64,000 nt of DNA from Massalongia carnosa (Eukaryota), in NCBI GenBank assembly GCA_965645245.1, contig OZ287080.1:310001-374000 (forward strand). The letters are read 5' to 3'. The notes below the pieces were generated by a model. The model searched no databases and was not told the DNA's origin. It saw nothing but the letters and a program-made list of their open reading frames with translations. The number at the start of each line of letters is the position of its first letter. The stretch's first letter is position 1. Shown here piece by piece: positions 56,359 to 64,000 of this stretch. A program made the translations under genes and the position numbers.

Positions 56359-57114
56359 GGTGGTATCGCACCGCAGGGGGACTGTTGAATGGCGGTTGCG
56401 ATTATGGTTATAATGGCTTGGGCTCACTGCCTCATAACGTGGATAGCGGGTAGTCTAATCTTCTCTAGGAAGGTTTTAGGTTTAGCGTGCTTTGCCCTTG
56501 GGTGAAAAGTCTGCTCTTTTCCTTTTAGATAGCTTCATAGTCAATGCGATCACCTGCAACCAGAGTCTCCTTTTAACTAAATTAAATATGAAAATTCGAC
56601 GACGTTTAAAGTGATAAAAATTTTGCTTACTAATCATAAAATTCGACGACGTTTAAAGTGATAAAATTTTTGCTTACTAATCATCATTTCTTGATGACTA
56701 ATTTTCAAAATTTTCAGAATCTTCAAATGTGTTTAAAACGTTTAAAAAACACGATTAAAATTGACATAAAAATCCACCAGGTCAAACGGGTCAACGGTTC
56801 CCCAACCCACCGGGTTGAGCCCTACAGGTTCCCCAACCCGGTAGCGGGTCGGGTTCGACTAGTCAAAACCCGACCTAACCCAACCCGTTGCGCGGCGTAC
56901 GTTGAACTGCTTATACTCGAGTGTTGATAATATCACTACAGGCAGTGCTAGATCCGTTTTTGGTTAGATATGTGACGAAGCGAGATAGTGAATAGATTTC
57001 TACCATTGCGCCACCTGTCCTCCCGACCTAAAGGCACAATACTTAGTCCGCAGACCAAGCTCTATTCTACAATAAGTGGGATTCCTGCTATGTTCGTTGT
57101 AGGTCCTGCCGTCC

Positions 57115-59059
57115 GAGATGCTTAGGGACAGTCCCCCGACCGTCCCCCCCCCTGCGTAAATCTTTGCTAGTAAACAGCCATTTCACTGCTCAGGGTGCGT
57201 ACAAGCTAGTAATGCAACTTTCAACAGCACATTAAACTCTTTTCGGTTTAAATCGTATGACGTGTTATTGCTACTTCCTACTCGGCTAACGTTATCTCTT
57301 TCGCAGGATTATCTCATGAATTTCTATCAACATCAAGAAATTCAATTCGTGCATGCATATACGGAGTACTACTAAACTCCCTAATTTAGGCGCACACAGC
57401 ACACAGCGTTCAGAAGGTCTGCGTTCATTGATTAAAAATGTGATCAATAGAAACACTGCTATAAGACAACGGTGCAGAAAATATGTGATGAGGTGCGGAA
57501 AAAACAATTAGATCAGGAGATTTTGTGCAATCAACAGCGAATACGCAATCCTAGATTGATAGATAAAAATACTTTTACGCTACTCATTGAGAAAATTACG
57601 CATCATGCCATTGGCCTCGTTTCAAGAGAACTCGATGCCGCCAAATCATTAGCTGAACGAATCCTTTCAATTGTCCCTGATGATGAAAGCTGTGTTTATG
57701 ATTGTGAATTGCCTTTAAGGTACGGTCTCCCATACAAATGCTGATTGTATAAATGCATCATCGACTCGATCCCTATTCCCGTTTCCCTCATTCACGCCCG
57801 CTGGTTTTTTGATGGCCCACCTTATGCGGCCTCTTGACAAATGACCTTCGATCTCGCTCGCGGCTCGGAGCCCGAGGTCGAAAAGATCGTCGATGAGGTC
57901 GAAGGGAAGAGAGAGATTGAGGCGAATAAGGATGAGGTCGAGCTCGAAGGAGGCGTGTTGAGTGAGGATAGATTTCGCCGCGGGGGCCTTGATTTGCTAC
58001 ATTCTGTGGCATATCAATCTAATGACCTGCATCAATCAATAGAAGATTCTCATCGAAGGAAGGAGTACGCTCGCGAGCATGCTCACATCGTTGAAAAGTT
58101 CAATAAGAAATGGCAAAAGAAGGAGCTGATAAGACCTCACATCCCCATCACAGTCCCCGACGAAATTCGGCCCAAAGAAAACCTCATGTATAAGAAAGGA
58201 GGGAGTCGTCGACGTGCCTACACTGATCGCGAAGCAGCTGAGGCTAGAGAAACTGAACAGCGACGTACTAGGCGAAGGGACTCTATTGAACAAGGGAGGA
58301 GGCTTAGATATTATAGATTGCGTGCTGGGGGCGACGATGAGGTTGAAGGTGAAACAGAAGATAAAACTCACGATGTTGCAAAGTTATTGCGCCCGGGTCG
58401 GCTAATACTCTATTGGGTACAATAGGTTTAGGAGAAAACTTAGTTATGAAGAGAATCGAAAACGCGCCTATCGTCTCCGACGACGATGACGAGGTGCAGT
58501 ATATAAGCACTCAGCCCATTCTCGGTCGTTCTATGGGTCCTATGCTTCCTTCGGATGACGATAATGATGTTATTCTTACATCAGAAGCCTCGTCGGATTC
58601 GCTCGAAGATATTGACGATGTGCTTGCCAAGCATAGTCGAAAAGCCCTACATCAGGCAGCGCCGCCTTCATCTCTTTATAGTCTTAGTCAAAACGTGCGC
58701 GCCAATCAAATTCTCCCTACTTCCTCTGCAACAACGCGAAGGTCTCGGGGTGTGGCGAAGAAATCAAAGGCTCAGTTGGAGTTGGAATCTCAGCAAAGAG
58801 TTGAGAATCAGTCAAACAGGCTAGAGCTCAAGCGAGAAAGGAAACGGCGATGAGAAAGGTGGCTAAAACCATGAAGCCTAGAAAAGATGATATATCGCAA
58901 TTGGCTGACGAGTTTTTGGAGTTGAAGTCATCGCAATAGGTAGATTTGTAGATGTTGAATACACTTAGTCAGTAACAGCAACATTATTAATACGTAGTGT
59001 AATTGCTAGCTTGTACGCACAGGGGGGACGGTCGGGGGGGGACTGTCCCTAAGCATCTC
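57115..59059 (+). mobile_element. Mutator-like (MULE) element, internally deleted
   Basis: TIRs GAGATGCTTAGGGACAGTCCCCC... at both ends. Inside is a transposase C-terminal relic (STQRSE, CELPLRYGLP SWIM-like, LIHARWF). No TSD match. Confidence 0.75.
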
Positions 59060-59060
59060 G

Positions 59061-60187
59061 CTATTGACGTCGATCGGTCTTCCCAAACCTCTCCAGATCC
59101 ATGCATTCAAAACCATGGTAGCATACCATTCGGTGTACAGGATTTCCCTGCCGCCCGATGCTCATGTCAGACCACCTTGAGGCGCAAACGGTCGAATTGG
59201 TGCTGCGAAGTGTCAGGGCATCATTTTCCAACAATCAAAACCGTCAACGAAGCCGCGGTTATCAGTTGGGTCAAAGCTCACACATCGATTCCGGTTCCTG
59301 ACGTGGTATGGATGAGCGACTCTCACGAGAACATCCTCAAACACGAGTACATCTTGCAGCGTCGGCTCCCTGGCAAACCTCTGGATGAAGCCTTCCAATG
59401 GGTGACGCCGGAGCAGATGGACGGGATAATCAGCCAGGTGATCGATATGCTGATAACGCTGCACGCTACGCCCTGGCAACATATCGGTGGATTGAAATTC
59501 GCCGACGACAACAGCATCGTGCCCAGGCCCGTGCTGGAGGAGATTGCGTGGCAAGTCCCCGAGATTCAAAAACACTGGGGGTCATCTCAGACCTTCGAGA
59601 GTCTCAATAGTCTCGGGCCATACACTGACTACGTGTCCTACATTTCGACTCAGGTGGAACGACATATACATGCTATTACACATCATCCCTCACTGGCGTG
59701 GATGCATGACTTGATTCCGCGATTGCATCATTTTCTTACTGCAATCCGAAGAGATTAAGTGGAGCTCAACAACGTTCAGCTTCGTCTGTCGCATAACGAT
59801 ATTCATTTCTCGAACATCCTGATCGATCCGTTGACTGCTAAAATTACTGGCATCCTGGACTGGGAATTCGCTCAGGTGGTTCCATACACACGCTAGGATC
59901 CGATGACACACGTTCTTGTTAACCAGGGACTAAAAGATGCGGGTCAAAAGAAAAGAAGTCAATTGAGGTTGTATCAGCGCTTTAAAGAGTTGTGCACGAA
60001 GAAAGCCGTCGAGTATCTGCTTCACGACGCGAAATATACCTCAACGAAGCAAGAGAGCATGCAGCGGGCCGTTAATATGCTGAGATTCATTGTGAAGGGA
60101 TGTCCAGAGAACGAGAAGCCCGAAACAATGAAAGGTTCTCGAGCCCAATTGGAGAGGCATATGGAAGTGTGCATTGCGCAATCATAG
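59061..60187 (+). pseudogene. APH/choline-kinase-like phosphotransferase pseudogene
   Basis: KTVNEAAVISWV...IPVPDVV, LSHNDIHFSNILI and GILDWEFA. Stops at about 59756 and 59895, 5' frameshifts, and the N-terminus is cut by the MULE. Confidence 0.85.
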
Positions 60188-60381
60188 ATCATAAGAATTA
60201 TCCGCAGAAGAGGAGAATCCATCGAAGAGAGATCAAACATGAAATTCCGAACTTGTGAGGACACGTCATAGCCTAGAACGACTCTACAATGAAGCGGCAA
60301 CTTTGCGCTATGTATAGACTTATTACGATATCCTACGGGTTGGTTAATTGTTCAATTATACAGTGATATATGCTTTCAAGT

Positions 60382-61190
60382 CTATTGAAACAACTCGTTA
60401 TTTCGGAGGGAACGCTCGGTAACATCGGAATGTAACTCTGTAACTTCCAATGTCTCAACTTGGGTATGAGATTTATCATTCGGGCAGTGTGTCGTAGTTT
60501 CTTGGTTTTCTACATCTTCATCCCTCAGAGTAATGCGCCGCTTCGTCTCCTCCACCAACAGGCCCCATCCGACCGCCAGAAGGACCAAGGCGACAGTGGT
60601 TAAGAACACGGCTGAAAGAGCGCGCATGTAGCTATCTCGAACCAGCCGCTGCTCATGGGCTGGGGAGACGGTCGATGGCGTCCAGGCTGTCTACGATGCT
60701 GCCCTAGGCGGATTTCTGGGAGCCAAGCCGATTCCACAGCTCGGCCCGCAGCACATTTTTAGAGATGGCAGAAGCCACGATAACTGAACTAGTGGAACGA
60801 AAGACGCTAGACAAGGATGTGACAACCGCTTGGTCCTTGCGTTTGACCGCCCCTATAGAATAATAGCGAGCCGTGTGGCCGTGAGCATCCCTGCGTAAGC
60901 GAGGCCGACGCCGCCAAGGCAAACCATCGGAGTCCATGACGGGGTGTATAAGGTCGACCTATGCATGGTGATGGTAGCGCTTAGCATGAGAACTATATTG
61001 AGAAAATCATCAAGAATATGTATTTCCCGGTCCGCTGGGTTGTGATATCGGTGAGTAGTGATCCACTAGTGGACGCGATGCTGAATGGGACCAGCACTAC
61101 ACCAACCTTCGTGGCCGAGAGACCGCGGACACAAAGGTAAAGACAAGGGATGATGTGTGACAAGATAATGCATGACGGAACAGACATTAA
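60382..61190 (-). pseudogene. MFS transporter (DHA2/Vba-like) C-terminal relic
   Basis: Hydrophobic fragments GLSATKVGVVLVP...TGKY, DQAVVTSLSSVFRST and YMRALSAVF, broken by frameshifts. Confidence 0.65.
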
Positions 61191-61679
61191 GTTAAAGCTC
61201 GATTTCCAGACAATTAGAGCAACGTTGAATCGGGTTTAATCCGCTTCAACAAACCCCGAGGCGCAAAAGCGGAAGGTTTCCGCGATCTCCGTTGTCAAGT
61301 TTTGACCACATTCAGGCTCATTGGCCTAGAAGCAGCCAAGGCTGCGTTGGTGGAATCGGATTTACTCGGGGCATAGATATTCTCAGACCGATCGTGTACA
61401 GTCTCAAACTAGTCGAAGTAGCGGCTAACCCCACCAACAAGTCGGCTTCATTCGGTATCAGCATCCTCGTAGGCTATTGGAGGAGCATAGATCCACTACT
61501 GCGTTATCACGGCTGTCACGGTAACAAAGTCGGGGGGGGATCCACAGATAAAATAAAATACGATGATGATGCTTCATCGCCGCCAGATCCCTCCTTTGCC
61601 CTTCACCCGCTCGGTGATGTGGATTTTCTCGGCTACGAAATCCCGAGTTGTCTAGATATTTCGACTTTCGAAAATAGAG

Positions 61680-63106
61680 ATGACGACACCGATTCCACAA
61701 CCACCAGGGGTTCCGCTGTTGGGCAACATTTTCGACGTGGATCCGAGCAACACGTGGACGTCGTTGCAGAAGCTGTGGGAGAAGTATGGTGAGTGTAGTC
61801 TTGCTCGCTCGTTAATTCATCCTTCACTAATACCGTGGCGTCAGGTGAGATCTTTAAGATTACAGTCTTTGGTCAGCAGATTGTTTTCGTCGGCAGTGCT
61901 GCTCTGTGTGAAGAAATCTGCAACGAGAAGCGATTCCGGAAATATGTTGGGGGACCAGTAGTCGAGATACGCTATGCCGTGCATGACTCGCTGTTCACCG
62001 CGTTCGAAAAGGAAGCGAGCTGGGGCATCCATCACCGAATTCTGGCCCCATTGCTCACCCCATCGGCGGTAGCACACTGTTTCTCCGAAGTGCGTGCTTG
62101 TGCGTCTGAACTGACGGACAATTGGCGCGCCTCGAGCGGCGATTCTCCTGTGTCTGCCATTGATGAATTGAACCGGTTGGACTTGGAAACGACCACCCTC
62201 TGCTTTTATGGCAGGAAGCTCAACGGCCTGACTGGACCGCCATCCCCGATGATCAACGCCATGGACGGAGCCACAGGGGAGGCGGTCAAGCGACCAACTC
62301 GACTGCGACTCATCAATTGGCTCTTCTATCAGTCCAAATTCGAGAGTGACTCGAAAGCCATGCGCCAGTACGCGAGTGAGTGTCTCGACTATCGAAAGGC
62401 CAATCCAACGGACCGAAAGGACATGCTGTATTCGATGATGAATGCAAAGGACCCTGAAACTGGCAAATTCCTTACCGAGCCGCAGATAATCGACGAGATG
62501 GTGACCATGCCCATCGGATCAAGTACGGCTCCCTGCGTCATCGCAAGTGCAATCTACTATCTCCTCAAGAATCCCGAATGCATTCGAAAAGCTCGTGAAG
62601 AGATCGACTCGGTCATCAGCGGTGGCGAGTTCACCCATGATCAGCTGGACAAGATGCCCTACTGCGCCGGAATCGTTCGAGAATCTCTGCGTCTCTCAGC
62701 AGCGGCACCGGGGTTCAACATCCAGCCCTTGCCAGACACGCAAGGGCCCGTCCTGCTAGGCGGAGGCAAGTATCAGATCTCCCCCACGCAGACCATGATC
62801 ATCGTGCTCCATGGAGTGAACCGTGACCCGGCCGTCTTCGACGAGCCAGACGCGTTCAAGCCCGAACGAATGATCGGCGAAGCGTTCGAGAAACTCCCCG
62901 AAGGCGCCAAGAAATGGTTCGGGAACGGCAAGCGCGTATGCATTGGTCAGCATTATGCCTGGATGTGGAACATGATTACGGTTATTACGTTGTTGAGGGA
63001 TGTGGATTTTGAAATGGCGGATCCGAGCTATCGGTTGAGACAGGATGGCTGGTTTAATCTCCGACCTGTGGATTTCTGTATCAAAGTTAAGTCAAGGGCC
63101 AAGTAG
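61680..63106 (+). CDS. Cytochrome P450, CYP505/CYP102-like heme domain without fused reductase, 456 aa
   Basis: Exons 61680-61788 and 61845-63106 (GTGAGT...CAG). Motifs PIPQPPGVPLLGN, ESLR, FKPER and FGNGKRVCIG. Confidence 0.93.
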
Positions 63107-63364
63107 GAAAGGTTTTTAGAGAAGCTGGCAACCGTTTGAACGCATCTGAAAACACACAGATTTTGCATTGAAGAAATTCGAGCGAAAGTTTTCGAATAGT
63201 GAAAAACAAGACAACCTGTTATAATTCATCAAATAATAAATTTAAAAAAAATTAATCAGAAAAAACGATGCGACGAAACGTTATTAAAGAATCAAAGCAG
63301 TTATTAAAATAGGTATATGACTATGGCTATATAGCTATGATAAAAATGGTATGTATGACCGTGA

Positions 63365-64000
63365 TGTTAGGGATGAAGAGTGCTGTTCAGCAGTCTTTGT
63401 CTCATAACCTCTGGTCCGTAGGTGCTATGTTCATTGATCTTGGTAGGAGTTGCATATTCAACACCCCCCCTCAAGTCCTGCCCGTACTTGTTTGCCTGTA
63501 GGTTCAACTGTGATTGACTTGTTATTCATGTGTAAGAACTTAACATGAGTGAGAGGTTTTGTCAGTCCGTCTGCTATCTTGTCTTCTGTTGAGACATAGG
63601 TGAGGTCGATTCGTTCCTCGAGGACCTCGTTCCGGATGAAGTGATGCTGAATGTCTATGTACTTAGTCCTAGCGTGTAAGAAAGACAGGATTGTTGGCAA
63701 GGGCTATGACGCTTTGATTGTCGCCTTTTAATGCGATGATGCCTTCTCCTCTTAACACATTTATCGTTGTGGATTCGTTGTCCATAGTCATCAATCCGAG
63801 TTCGATCATCAGTAAACGTAGCCATGTGGCCTCCTTTGCTGCTAAGGTAAGTGCCATATACTCTGCTTCAATTGATGATAATGCGACGGTTGTTTGTGTT
63901 GACTTGCGTTCTTCCTTGTCTCCGGCTCAGTCGGAATCGGAATATCCTTGTATTGTCAGGTCTCCTCCGCCGAAGGTGATACAGTCAAACCTTCCTATAA
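63365..64000 (-). mobile_element. Second Ty1/Copia element, degenerate 3' end (runs off the right edge)
   Basis: RNase H motifs EAEYMAL, GDNQ, TKYIDI and IADGLTKP with a frameshift. PPT GAGGGGGGG then an LTR starting TGTTG at 63463. The far LTR boundary is uncertain (63365 or 63217). Confidence 0.85.

Larger units (their letters stand above)
51211..56578 (+). mobile_element. Full-length Ty1/Copia retrotransposon
   Basis: LTRs at 51211-51397 and 56383-56578, TSD AAATT, PBS GGTTATGAGCCC, and a short PPT AGGGGGA. Confidence 0.96.
51072..56899. mobile_element. Non-autonomous hAT-like element (about 455 bp without the nested Copia)
   Basis: TIRs TACGCCGCGCAACGG / CCGTTGCGCGGCGTA with GGGTT/AACCC subterminal repeats. 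Same first 9 nt as the MITE at 5714. No TSD match. Confidence 0.78.

Noticed and set aside
119..62953. Numerous short antisense or overlapping ORFs in the ORF track
   Set aside because: They are shadows of TE or gene reading frames with no motifs, and many use non-ATG starts unsuitable for a eukaryote.

Overview
This is a transposon-dense accessory region of a filamentous ascomycete genome (short GT-AG introns, fungal TE families). Most of it is nested mobile DNA: three Ty3/Gypsy elements, two Ty1/Copia elements, a full-length Tad1-like LINE and a LINE fragment, a Copia-type TRIM and solo LTRs, two pogo/Fot1-like elements, hAT elements/MITEs, a MULE derivative and a CACTA/Plavaka-like transposase relic. 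The standout is an apparently intact four-exon fungal NLR (patatin phospholipase - NB-ARC - 27 near-identical 42-aa TPR units, about 1956 aa, 19059-25089). It lies tail-to-tail and about 1 kb downstream of a decayed DUF3435-type tyrosine recombinase (Starship 'captain', about 26055-28265, minus strand), which suggests a Starship-borne immune receptor whose repeats vary combinatorially at a few codons. The right end holds an intact stand-alone CYP505-like P450 with an atypical I-helix, next to APH-kinase and MFS pseudogenes. No rRNA, tRNA or CRISPR array was recognised. All family calls come from motifs read by eye, not from database searches.
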